A DNA stretch of 64,000 nucleotides from Mobula hypostoma (GCF_963921235.1 NC_086119.1:51584001-51648000); one strand, 5' to 3'. Numbered from the stretch's first letter, positions 39,940 through 52,460 are shown. Notes: generated by a model from the sequence alone, not told the origin. Program-made: numbers and translations.

Positions 39940-40530
39940 GATTTAGATTATGCAGTCCTCTTTTATTGTCATTTAGTAATGCATGCATTAAGAAATGATA
40001 CAATATTCCTCCGGTGTTACATCACAGAAACACAGGACAGACCAAGACTGAAAAACTAACAAAAACCACATAATTATAACATATAGTTACAACAGTGCAA
40101 CAATACCATAACTTGATGAAGAACAGGCCATGGGCGCTGTAAAAAAGTTCAAAGTCTCTCAAATGTCCCACATCTCACGCAGACGGGAGAAGGAAGAAAA
40201 CTCTCCCTGCCATGCCCGATCACAGTCCGACTCTGAGTCGTCCGAAAACTTCGAGTTCTGATCAGCCCTCTGACACCGAGTACCGAGCACCATCTCTACC
40301 GAACGCTTGGACCCCAGCCTCGGTCGCCAGCGGCAGGCAAAGCCGGGGATTTTGGGGCCTTCCCTTCGGAGATTCTCGATTGCACAGTAGCAGCGGCAGC
40401 GAACCAGGCATTTCAGAAATTTCTCCAGATGTTCCTCTGTGCTTCTCACGTCTGTCTCCATCAAATCAGAATTGTGCACGTCGTCCTACTTACAAATACG
40501 ATATCATTTCACTGGAGAGCTGGGCGCGCT
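39940..40530 (-). mobile_element. Non-coding retroposon family (copies at 1-490, 5591-5850, 39940-40530)
   Basis: Three near-identical copies; the two with 3' ends in the window have AATAAA and an (AATCT)n-type tail. Confidence 0.85.
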
Positions 40531-40787
40531 GCTTAATTGTAACCTTGGTTCTGCATTCACATTTACTCCCGCTTCACAAAGCATCCATTTACAACGAAAC
40601 TGCAATAATCTGACATCCTCAGAACCTTGGTGCTGGAGTGACAGATTTTCCAGACTGCTGATGTTACTTCTGTGTATGTCTCAGCCTTTAGTAATCAATT
40701 TCATTTTTTAAAGATACATAGTACTTTTTTCAGTGAAAGTGGTGAGTTTAAGGTGATTGTGGGAAGCAAAATGTGGTGAATTTAAAG

Positions 40788-40855
40788 CAGGGGTTCCAAA
40801 CCATTTTTTTTGCCATAAGCAAGGGGTCTGTGGGCCCCCATTTTGGGAACCCCTG
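40788..40855. mobile_element. hAT MITE (68 bp)
   Basis: TIR CAGGGGTTCCAAA / TTGGGAACCCCTG; TSD ATTTAAAG/ACTTAAAG. Confidence 0.85.
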
Positions 40856-42089
40856 ACTTAAAGAGGACTTAGTGAGTTTTTGAAAAGTATTTCAATGGGG
40901 TCTTAGTGCTTTAGGTGGGGAGTTTGGAAATGGGAACCCAAGAGTTCATAAGGAGCATGAACGTAAGGTGCCCCACTGAGCCAAATGCTGAATAATCAGG
41001 ATATCCGAGAAACTGCACAGTGCATGTTTGGAGTTTTACTGCATTGGGAATGCTGAAAAGTTCTGTTTCCATGGAGCTTTGAGACAGAGTTTCAGAGACT
41101 CATCTCATTTCTGTCAAGCAGATGACCATTCATTTTTAAACAGTGACCCTCATTCTAGATTCTCCCATAAAAGGAAACACCTCTCCACATCCAACCTGTT
41201 GAGACCCCTCTTTTAAATTTGTCGCTTGTGTGTCAACAACAACCTGGCACTCAGTTGTCAGTAAGATCAAGGAACTGATTCTGGACTTCAGGAAGGGACA
41301 GTTGGGAGAGCACACAGCAGTTCTCGTTGAGGGGTCTGCGATGGAAAGGGTGAGCAGCTTCAAATTCCTGCGTCTCAGTGCATCTTCCCTGGGCCAAATG
41401 AATTGATGCAATTACGAAGAAGGTGCACCAACAGCTCTGCTTTGTCAGGAGTTCGAGGAGATTTGCTATGGAGTGCAAATTTCCCAGCTGGAGAGCATTC
41501 CGACTGGTTGCATCACAACTTGGTATGGAAACAGGATTGCATGGGGCTGTGGTGAGTTGTACACTCAGGCAGCTCCATCACGGGCATAACCCTGCACACG
41601 ATTGACGACATCGTCAAGAATGTGATATCCATCATTAAGGACTATCACTATCCGGGACATGCCTTCTTGTGATCAGGATCAGTGGGGAGGAGGTATAGGA
41701 ACCTGAAGACTGGCACTCATAGATTTTGGAACCACTTCTTCCCCTCAGCTATCAGATTTCAGAATGGACCATGAGAACAACTTAGTTTTTCCTTTTTTTG
41801 CACTTATTATTTTATAGTAATTTTTTGTCTTTTCACTATACTGCCAAAAACTAATTTCACATCATATAAATCATTAATAATAAACCTGATTCTGATTTCA
41901 ACAAATGCCAGCTCAGCCTGTCTACCCTTCAGTACATTAAATTATCAGTCTAGTAAAACCTCTGAACTGCTCACCACACTTCAAATTCTTCCGTAAGGAG
42001 AATGCCATTAGTAGTGTAGGTGTGGTCTCAACAGTGACAAATATTCTTTTATTTAAAATTTCCTGAAACTGATACCCCCAACACTCTCT

Positions 42090-43430
42090 CCGCTGCATTG
42101 ATGAACACATTGGTGCTGAGTCATCAATTTCATTAACTTTGTCTTTAACTTCCATCCTGCCCTTAAATTCACTTGGTCCATTTCTGACACCTCTCTCCAC
42201 TGTCTATATCTCTCTGTCACCATCTCTGAAGACATCTAACACCTTTTATAAACCACCTGATTCCCACGGTTATTTTGACTATACCTCTTCCCACTCTATA
42301 TCCTGTAAAAATGCTATTCCCTTTTCTCAGTGCCTTTACCTCTGCCGCATCTCATCCCAGGATGCAGCTTTCTATTCCAGGACATCAGCGATGTCCTCCT
42401 CCAAATAATAGGGCTTCCCTTCCTCTACTATTGACATTGCCCTCTCCCGCATCTCCCCCTTTTCCCAAACATCCATATTTACCCCATCTTCCTGCCGCCT
42501 TAAATGATAGAGTTCCTCTTGTCCTTACCTATCACCCCATGAGCCTCCACATCCAACACATCATCCTTCGCAGCTTCTGCAAAGGGATCCTACCATTAGA
42601 CATATCTTTACCTCCAACCCCCTCCGCTTTCAGAGGGATTACTCCCTCTGTGATTCCCTTCTCCATTCGTCCCTTCTGACACTTATCCCTACAAAGCAGC
42701 CCAAGTGCTCACCTGCCCATTCACCTCTTCCCTCACCAACATTCATGGTCCCAAACATTTCTTACAGGTGAGGCAACAATTCAACAATGAAACCGCCAGG
42801 GTCGTTTATTGTGTGTGTGCTACTTCCTCTATGTTGGTGAGACCCGTCCTAAGTTGGGGGTCCGCTTTGTCAAGCAACTCCGCTCCATCTGCCAAAAGCA
42901 GAATATCCCGGTGGCCAAACATTTTAATTCTCATTCTCATTCTGGTTCCAACCTGTCGGTCCATGGCCTCTTGTGCCAAGAAGAGGCGCCCTCAGGGTGG
43001 AGGAACAACACCTTATATTCTGCCTGGGTAGCCTCCAACCTGATGGTAGGATTATCGCTTCCTCCTCCTGGTTTTTAAAAACAAGTTTCCCTCCCCTTCC
43101 TCTCTTCTATTCCCTACTCTGGCCTTTTACCTCTTCTGACCTGCCCATCGCTTCTTCCTGATGTCCCATCCTCCTATGATCCACTCTTCTCTCCTATCAG
43201 CTTTCTTCTTCTCCAGCCCTTGACCTTTCTCACCTACTTGTCCTCACTTTTCTCCTTCTTGCGAGTCTCCTTCCCTTCCCCCCACCCCCACCACCACCTT
43301 TTTATTCTGGTGCCTTCCTCCTTCCTTTCCAATCCTGAAGAAGGGTCTCGGCCTGAAACATCGACTGTTTATTCATTTTTATAGATGCTGTCTGACCCGC
43401 TGAGTTCCTCCAGCATTTTATGTTGAGTTG
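42090..43430 (+). mobile_element. Penelope-like retroelement, 3' portion (RT end, GIY-YIG endonuclease, pyrimidine-rich tail, terminal motif)
   Basis: RVPLVLTYHP; VYCVC..YVGET..LGVRF..PVAKHFNS..EEQHLIFCLGSLQPDG. Confidence 0.88.
43330..43367 (+). ncRNA. Minimal type I hammerhead ribozyme motif at a Penelope terminus
   Basis: CAAUC-CUGAAGA-A-GGGU(CUCG)GCCU-GAAAC-AUC-GACUG. Confidence 0.65.
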
Positions 43431-45009
43431 CAAATGATAATATTGCCTGTTTTCCTAATTACTTGATGTAATTGCGTACTTTTGCATGTAATCTCATCCA
43501 AATTGGTCCTGCTCCACACGAGCCCCTTATTGTCCTTATAAATCCTGTACAGCGTGATCTTCATCTTGATTACTCTTTAAGGTGGAAATGGGAAAGGGCA
43601 TTGTTCTGATTTTTTTGGTAGTATTAGTGACTTTTGCGCTCTCCAAGTGTTTCTTGTCTTGACTTTTGAATTGGCTGGAGTTTTCAGGGTATACAGTATA
43701 AAACAAAACAATTGCATGTCTTAGGTGTAAAGAGACACATTACCCATAATAAAAGCTGTAAAGTTGCCTATGCTAATTCCACGGCTAATGCCTGAATATG
43801 ACTGTGTGGGCTTAATTGTACATTGCTGGTGAATTTGTAATTGTCTTATTTGTCATAACTCTGTTTGTTGCCATGGTATGAGATTAGCTGCAAAATTGAG
43901 TCAATTTGTACACAGCAATGTATTATCAACTGCAATAAAATCATTAACCAGATTATCTGTTCTCTTTAAATGGTTGAGTGAAAATGTTATGCAAGGCTCA
44001 AGGAAAGCTCTTTGATCTTAGAATAATGTCTTGCATCAATCTGGAAGAATAGGTTTTGGCTTAATACTCAATTTGTAGGGTGCATACTTTAAACATTGTA
44101 CTGCATGAGAATAATGGTCATCTTCAAATTTTGAGAGTGGTACTCAGGATCACTGAAGCAGAATTCATAACTCAGGTTTTTGTAAAAATTAGTTTTATTG
44201 TTGAATAAGTATTTAAATTGATGCCAATAGTAATTGATACCTGTAACACTGTCTTAAGAAATAGCAGATAGATACTTTATTGATCCAAAGGAAATTACAG
44301 TGTCGCAGTAGCACTGCAAGTGCACAGATATACACATATTAGAAGCAAAGCAGAAAGAAAAAATAAGTTGCCTCAAACAGTCCACAGGAGGGGGTCGTCA
44401 CTTCACTTCCCCGGCTATAAGTTGACTCATTATAGAGCCTAATGGCCGAGGGTAAGAATGACCTCATTTAGCGCTCTTTGGAGCAGTGCAGTTGTCTTAG
44501 TCTGTTACTGAAAGTGCTCCTCTGTTCAGCCAAGGTGGCACGCAGAGGATGAGAAACATTGTCCAGAATTGCCAGGATTTTCCATAGGGACCTTTGTTCT
44601 ACCACAGCCTCCAGTGTGTCCAGTTTGACTCCTATAACAGAGCCAGCCTTTCTAATCAGTTTATTCAGCCTGTTGACATCACCCGTGTTGTTGCCATTGC
44701 CCCAGCACACCACTGCATAGAGGATAGTACTGGTGACAACAGACCAATAGAATATGAAAGGAGAGGCCTGCATACTCCAAAGGACCTCGGCCACCTCAGG
44801 AAGTAGAGGCAACTCTACCCCCTCTCGTTCACTCAAGTCTGTTATTCAGGTGCACCTCTAGGTACATCCACGTCCTCACCATCAATAGTAACAGGGAGCA
44901 TTGCAGGCTTAGTCATCCTAAAGTCCATCACCATCTCCGAATGTTGATCTGCAGATGATTCAGCTTGCACCATTTGACAAAGTTCTCCACCAGAGCCCTG
45001 TATTCATTC

Positions 45010-45209
45010 AACACACATAGAAGTTGCTGGTGAACGCAGCAGTCCAGGCAGCATCTCTAGGAAGAGGTGCAGTCGACGTTTCAGGCTGAGACCCTGAAAC
45101 TGTCCTGACGAAGGGTCTCGACCTGAAACATCGACTGCACCTCTTCCTAGAGATGCTGCCTGGCTGTGTGTTGCTTGAATTTCCAGCATCTGCAGAATTC
45201 CTGTTGTTT
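45010..45209. mobile_element. 200-bp fold-back Penelope-terminus element
   Basis: Two inverted copies of the Penelope end; perfect 14-bp TSD CCCTGTATTCATTC (44996-45009 and 45210-45223). Confidence 0.88.
45100..45137 (+). ncRNA. Minimal type I hammerhead ribozyme motif inside a fold-back element
   Basis: CUGUC-CUGACGA-A-GGGU(CUCG)ACCU-GAAAC-AUC-GACUG. Confidence 0.65.
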
Positions 45210-46243
45210 CCCTGTATTCATTCTCCTGTCCTCCTTTTATACAGCTAACTTGCTGAGTCATCAGAGAATTTCTGCAGATGACATGACTCTGTGTATCTAA
45301 AGTCAGAGGTATGCAGGGTGAACAGTCAGTCCCCTGTGGGGCCCCAGTGCTGCTTGACTATAGATATACCTACTTTATTGATCCCAAAGGAAATTAGTGT
45401 CACAGTAGCATTACAAGTGCACAGATATACAAATATTAGAAGAGAAGTAGAAAGAATAACAAATAAGTTACAGCTCTGAACCCGCACAAACTGTGGTCTG
45501 CCAGTAAGGTAGGAGGGAATATAGCAAAGGGAAGTATATGGTCATCCACTATGGTAGAAGCAATAAAGGCGTGGACTATTTTCTAGTCGGGGAGAAAATT
45601 CAGAAGTCAGAGTTGAAAAGGGACTCTTGCATTGGTCAGACTGCACTTGGAGTAACTGTGAGCAATTTTGGGCCCGTTATGGATGTCCTGGCATTGGAGA
45701 GGGTCCAGAGGCGATTCATGAGAATGATCCTGGAAATGAAAGGGTTAACGCAACAGGAACATTTGATGGCTCTGGGCCTGTACTTACGTGTAGAAGAATG
45801 GTGGGGAGGGAATCTAATTGAGACCTATTGAATATTGAAAGGCAGTGGACATGGTGAGGATGTTTCAACTGGGGGAAGTCTAGGACCAGAGGGCACAACC
45901 TCCGAATAGGATGTCCCTTTAGAACAGAGATGGAGGAATTCCTTTTGCCAGAAGGTGGTGCATATGTGGAATTCATTGCCAAAGACTGCTGTGGAGGCTA
46001 AATCATTGGGTATGTATAAAGTAGAGGTTGATGGGTTTGTGATTAGTAGGGTGCAATGGTTATGGAGAGAAGGCTGGAGAATGGGATTCAGAGGGGTAAT
46101 AAATCAGCCATGTTTGAATGATGGAGCAGACTAGATGGGCCAAATGGCCTAATCCTGCTCCCGTGTCTCAATGGTCGTCGGTCTTTTGATTTGCAGCCTT
46201 GGCAATGCCTTGCTGTGTCACTTTTGGCTGTATTTTTTAATAG

Positions 46244-46388
46244 GCATTTGCTCAGTTTGATGCAGAGGGAGATGGCACCGTTGCTGTGGAAAACATGTTG
46301 GAGTCATTGAAAACCTCTGGTGGAGCTAATCTGCGGGGAGAATTAAGTCATGTGATTCGACAGTTACAAGGATGTTCCCTAACTCCAG
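46244..46388 (+). CDS. ZZEF1: ZZEF1 coding exon 2 (EF-hand)
   Basis: AFAQFDAEGDGTVAVENMLESLKTSGGANLRGELSHVIRQLQGCSLTP; TAG acceptor, GTGAGG donor; 145 nt, phase 0/1. Confidence 0.96.
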
Positions 46389-46579
46389 GTGAGGGGAGCC
46401 TGATTAATATATTGATTAACATCTTGATTCTATTGTGTTTCTTGTATTTACTGTGGATGCCCACAAGAAAATGAATCTCAGGGTTGTATATGGGGATATG
46501 TATGTGTTTTGATAATAAATTTACTTTGAACTTTACAGAAATTACGGTCTGATGGATTTTCCCTGTTCTACTCACATTA

Positions 46580-49500
46580 TATTTGTGACTGTGTAGCTAA
46601 ACACAGCTCCTATGTCGTATTTAAGTTTGCTGACAGCACTGTTGTTGTTGGCTGAAACATTGGGTGGTGATGAATCTGCATATCGGAGGGAGATTGAAAA
46701 TCTGTCTTAGTGGTGCCAGAATAACAACCCATTATCAATGTCATCAAGACTAGGGAGCTGATTATTGGCTCTGGATGGAGGAAACCAGAGGCCCATGAGC
46801 AAACTAGCTGGTGTCCGCACTAATATCTTCAACCTCTCACTCCAGCAGTGTGTGGTTCCCACCGACTTTAAGTGGGCATCAATTCTATCAGTGCCCAAGA
46901 AGAGTGTGATAACTTGCTTCAAGGATTATCACCCAGTGGCACTTGCATCCACAATGATGAAGTGTATTGAGAGGCTGGTGTTGAAACGTATCAACTCCTG
47001 TCTAGTGGCGCCCTGGATCTGCTCCAACTTACCTAGCAGAGCAACAGATCCGCAGCAGATACCACCTCATTGGCTCTTCACACAACCCTGGAAAATCTGG
47101 ACAGCAAAGGTGCATACATCAGGATGCTCTTTATCAATTACAGATCATCCCCTCAAAACTAATCAGTAAACTCCAAGAACTGGGCTTCAATACTCCCCTG
47201 TGAATCCTGGATTTTGTCACTTGTAGATCCCATTCAGTTCCAATTGGCACAAATATCTCCTCCACAATCTCCACCAGCACAGGAGCACCACAGAGATGTG
47301 TACTTGGCCCCCTGCTGTACTGGCTTTACACCTATGACTGTGTGGCTAAGTACAGCTCCAACTCCAGATACAAGCTTGCTGATGACACCACTGTTGTGGG
47401 CTGTGTCAAAGGTGGTGCTGAACCAACAAACAGGAGGGAGACTGAAGACTTGGCTCAGTGGTGTAATAACAACAACCACTCACTCAGTGTCAGCAAGACC
47501 AAGGAACTGATTGTAGCCCTCAGGAGAGGGAAACCAGGGGTCCATGAGCCACTACTCATCAGAGGTGGAGAGGATCAGTAGCTTTAAATTCCTTGGTGTC
47601 ACTATCTTCGACGACCTGTCCTGGACCCAACGTATAAATGTAATTGCAAAGGAAGCATGGCGACCCCTTAGTCTGTGGAGATTCGGCATATCATCAAAAG
47701 CCTTGTCAAACTTCTATATATGTGTGGTATTAAGTGTGCTGACTGGCTGCATTATGGCCTGGTATGGGAACATAGCAGTGGAGTGGGAAAATCATACAAA
47801 AGTTAGCGGATTCAGCCCAGTACATCACGGGTAAAACCCTCCCGACTACTCAGTATATCTACATGAAAAGTTATGGTAGAAAAGCAGTAGCCATCATCAA
47901 AGATCCTCACCACCCAGGCCGTGCTCTTTTCTCACTGCTGCCATCAGGTAGAAGGCACAAGTACCTCCGAACTCACACCACCAGGTTCAAAACCAGTTAC
48001 TGCCCCTCAACCATCTGGCTCTTGAACAAAAGGGAATAAATACACTCATTCTATTTCTGGTGTTCCCACAACCAATGGTCTCACTTTGAGGACTCTTTAT
48101 CTTGATATTTCATCTTCATTATTAATTGCTATTTATTTATATCTGCATGTGCACAATTTGTTGCTCATTGATCGTGTTTACAGTTACTGTTCTATAGATT
48201 TGCTAAGTATGCCAGCAAGAAAAAGAATCTCAGGGGTTTAGAAACATAGAAAACCTACAGCACAATACAGGCCCTTCGGCCCACTGAGTTGTGCCGAACA
48301 TGTTCCTACCTTAGAAATTACTAGGGTTTGCCCATAGTCCTCTAATTTTGCTAAGCTTCATGTACCTATCCAAAAGTCTCTTAAAAGACCCTATCATTTC
48401 CGCCTCCACCACTGTTGCCGGCAGCTCATTCCACGTACTCTCCACTCTGTGTGTAAACACAAAAACTTACCCCTGACATCTCCTCAGTACCTACGCCCGA
48501 GCACCTTAAACCTGTGCCCTCTTGTGGCAGCCATTTCAGCCCTGCGAAAAACACTCTGACTATCCACACGATCAATGCCTCTCATCATCTTATACATCTC
48601 TATCAGGTTACCTCTCATCCTTCGTCGCTCCAAGGAGAAAAGGCCGAGTTCACTCAACCTGTTTTCATAAGGCATGCTCCCCAATCCAGGCAACATCCTT
48701 GTAAATCTCCTCTGCACCCTTTCTATGGTTTCCACATCCTTCCTGTAGTGAGGCGACCAGAACTGAACGCAGTACTCCAAGTGGGGTCTGACCAGGGTCC
48801 AATATAGCAGCAACATTACCTCTCGGCTCCTAAATTCAATTCCACGACTGATGAAGACCAATACACCGTATGCCTTCTTAACCACAGAGTCAACCTGTGC
48901 AGCTGCTTTGAGTGTCCTATGGACTCGGACCCCAAGATCCCTCTGATCCTCCACACTGCCAAGAGTCAGTCTTACCATTAATACTATATTCTGCCTTCAT
49001 ATTTAACCTACCAAAATGAACCACTTCACACTTATCTGGGTTGAACTCTATCTGCCACTTCTCAGCCCAGTTTTGCATCCCATCAATGACCTGCTGTAAC
49101 CTCTGACAACCCTCCACACTATCCACAACACCCCCAACCTTTGTGTCATCAGCAAACTTATTAATCCATCCCTCCACTTCCTCATCCAGGTCATTTATAA
49201 AAATCATGAAGAGTAAGTGTCCCAGAACAGATCCCTGAGGCACAGCACTGGTCACCGACCTCCATGCAGAATATGACGTGTCTACAACCACTCTTTGCCT
49301 TCTGTGGGCAAGCCAGTTCTGGATCCACAAAGCAATGTCCCCTTGGATCCCATGCCTCCTTACTTTCTCAATAAGCCTTGCATGGGGTACCTTATCAACT
49401 GCCTTGCTGAAATCCATATACACTACATCTACTACCCTACCTTCATCAATGTGTTTAGTCACATCTGCAAAAAATTCGATCAGGCTCGTAAGGCATGACC

Positions 49501-52460
49501 TGCCCTTGACAAAGCCATGCTGACTGTTCCTCATCATATTATACCTTTGCAAATGTTCATAAATCCTACCTCTCAGGATCTTCTCCATCAACTTATCAAC
49601 CACTGAAGTAAGACTCACTGGTCTATAATTTCCTGGGCTATCTCTACTCCCTTTCTTGAATAAGGGAACAACATCTACCACCCTCCAATCCTCCATAATC
49701 TCTCCCGTCCCCATTGATGATGCAAAGATCATCGTCAGAAGCTCAGCAATCTCCTCCCTCGCCTCCCACAGTAGCCTGGGGTACATCTCATCTGGTCCCG
49801 GCGACCTATCCAACTTGATGCTTTCCAAAAGCTCCAGCACATCCTCTTTCTTAATATCTACATGCTCAAGCTTTTCAGTCCACTGCAAGTCATCACTACA
49901 ATCACCAAGATCCTTTTCCATAGTGAATACTGAGGTAAAGTATTCATTAAGTACCTCTGCTGTTTCCTCCGGTTCCATACACACTTTCCCACTGTCACAC
50001 TTGATAGGTCCTATCCTTTCACGTCTTATCTTCTTGCTCTTCACATACTTGTAGAACGCCTTAGGGTTTTCCTTAATCCTGCCCACCAAGCCCTTCTCAT
50101 GGCCCCTTCTGGCTCTCCTAATTTCCTTCTTCAGCTCCTTCCTATTAGCCTTATAATCTTCTAGATCTCTAACATTACCTAGCTCTCTGAACCTTTTGTA
50201 AGCTTTCCTTTTCTTCTTGACTAGATTTACTACAGCCTTTGTACACCACGGTTCCTGTACCCTGCCATAACTTCTCTGTATCATTGGAACGTACTTATGC
50301 AGAACTCCACACAAATATCCCCAGAACATTTGCCACATTTCTTTCGTACCTTTCCCTGAGAACATATGTTCCCAATTTAAGTTTCTAAGTTCCTACTTGA
50401 TAGCCTCATAATTCCCCTTACTCCAATTAAACGCTTTTCTAACTTGTCTGTTCCTATCTCTCTCCAATGCTATTGTAAAGGAGATAGAATTATGATCACT
50501 ATCTCCAAAATGCTCTCCCACTGAGAGATCTGACACCTGACCAGGTTCATTTCCCAATACCAAATCAAGTACAGTCTCTTCTCATGTAGGCTTATCTGCA
50601 TATTGTGTCAAGAAACCTTCCTGAACACACCTAACAAACTCCACCCCCTCTAAACCCCATGCTCTAGGGAGATGCCAATCGATATTTGGGAAATTAAAAT
50701 CTCCCACCACGACAACCCTGTTATTATTACACCTTTCCAGGATCTGTTTCCCTATCTGCTCCTCGATATCCCTGTTACTATTGGGTGGCCTGTGAAAAAA
50801 CACCCAGTAGAGTTATTGACCCCTTCCTGTTCCTAACTTCCACCCACAGAGACTCCGTAGACAATCCCTCCATGGCGTCCATCTTTTCTGCAGCTGTGAC
50901 ACTATCTCTGATCAACAGTGCCACACCCCCACCTCTTTTGCCTCCTTCCCTGTCCTTTCTGACACATCTAAAACCCAGCACTTGAAGTAACCACTCCTGT
51001 CCCTGAGCCATCCAAGTCTCTGTAATGGCCACCACATCATCGCTCCAAGTACTGATCCACGCTCTTAAGCTCATCCGCTTTATTCACAATACTCCTTGCA
51101 TTAAAATAGACACATCTCGAACCGTCGGTCTGAGTGCGTTCCTTCTCTATCACCTGCCTATCCTTCCTCACACACTGTCTCCAAGCTTTCTCTATTTGTA
51201 AGCCAACCGCCTCTTCCCCAGTCTCTTCAGTTCCATTCCCACCCCCCAATAATTATAGTTTAAACTCTCCCCAGTAGCCTTAGCAAACCTCACCACCAGA
51301 ATATTGGTCCCCCTGCGATTCAAGTGTAACCCGTCCTTTTTGTACAGGTCACTCCTGCCCCAAAAGAGGTCCCAATGATCCAGAAATCTGAATCCCTGCC
51401 CCCTGCTCCAATTCCTCAGCCATGCATTTATCCTCCACCACATTCTAGTCCTATACTCACTGTCACGCGGCACAGGCAGTAATCCCGAGATTGCTTCTCA
51501 ACTTCCTTCCTAACTCCCTGTAGTCTGTTTTCAGGACCTCTTCCCTTTTCCTTCCTATGTCATTGGTACCAATATGTACCACAACCTCTGGTTGTTCTCC
51601 CTCCCACCGCAGGATATCATAGACACGATCTGAAACATCCTGGACCCTGGCACCTGGGAGGCAAACTACCACCCGAGCTTCTTTCCTGTGTCCACAGAAT
51701 CGCCTGTATGACCCCCTAACTATAGAGTCCCCTATCACTACTGCCTTCCTCTTCATTTCCATACCCTTCTGAGCCACAGGACCAGACTCTGTGCCAGAGG
51801 CACGGCCACTGTTGCTTCCCCCAGGTAGGTTGTTGCCCCCCCCCCCCCAACAGTACTCAAACAGGAGTACTTAGTGTTCAGGGGGACAGCCACAGGGGTA
51901 CTCTCTAGTACCTGACTGTTACCCACTTGTCTGTCTCCCGTGGCCCTGGTGTGACCACCTGCCTATAACTCATTTCTATCACCTCCTGGCTCTCCTTGAC
52001 CAGATGAAGGTCATCAAGCTGCATCTCCAGTTCCCCAACGTGGTCCCTTAGGAGTTGCAGCTCGACACACCGGGTGCAGATATGGCTGTCCGGGAGGCTG
52101 GGAGACTCCAGGACTTCCCACATCTGACACTGAGCACAGAACAGTGGCCTCACAGACATACTTCCTTCCTGCAATTAACACAGATAAACCTACCTTGTCC
52201 CGTTACCACCAAAGCCCTGTCACTCTGCTGCCTGCTGGATATGGCAGTCTTCTTTTTAAACTTTACCCGCTCTGCTGGCTGACGTCACGTGCCTGCGCAG
52301 TCTTGCCTCTCTTTACCCTGCGTAGTAAAACGCTTTCTCTCTGAAAATCCTTAGCCGTTCCACTCGCAGTCTTGTTGCTTCGTGTGGTGACATGTATGTA
52401 CTCAATAATAAATTTTACTTTGAACTTTTTTGAAGTTTGATAATAAATTTAACTTTGATG
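46580..52460 (+). mobile_element. Degenerate Rex1/Babar-like LINE (46580-48238, tail resuming 52382-52460) hosting the CR1
   Basis: YHPVALAS..MKCIERLV, KLADDTTVVG and KFLGVTI motifs; 3' UTR AATCTCAGGG|GTGTGGTGACATGTATGTAC is split by the CR1. Confidence 0.8.
48239..52381 (-). mobile_element. Near-full-length CR1 LINE (ORF1 zinc finger/esterase; ORF2 endonuclease + RT), frameshifted
   Basis: ORF1 CxxC..CxxC, VIGDSIVRG and VHIGTND. APE endonuclease VAITETW and GDFNFPNIDW. RT NYRPVSLTS, QHGF, PQGSVLG and KFADD in the 482-aa ORF 48917-50365. CR1 tail at 48239. Confidence 0.95.

Larger units (their letters stand above)
44270..45510 (-). mobile_element. Rex1/Babar-like LINE fragment hosting the fold-back element
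   Basis: FYWSVVTSTILYAVVCWG..RLNKLIRKAGSV; the host sequence resumes after the TSD. Confidence 0.75.
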
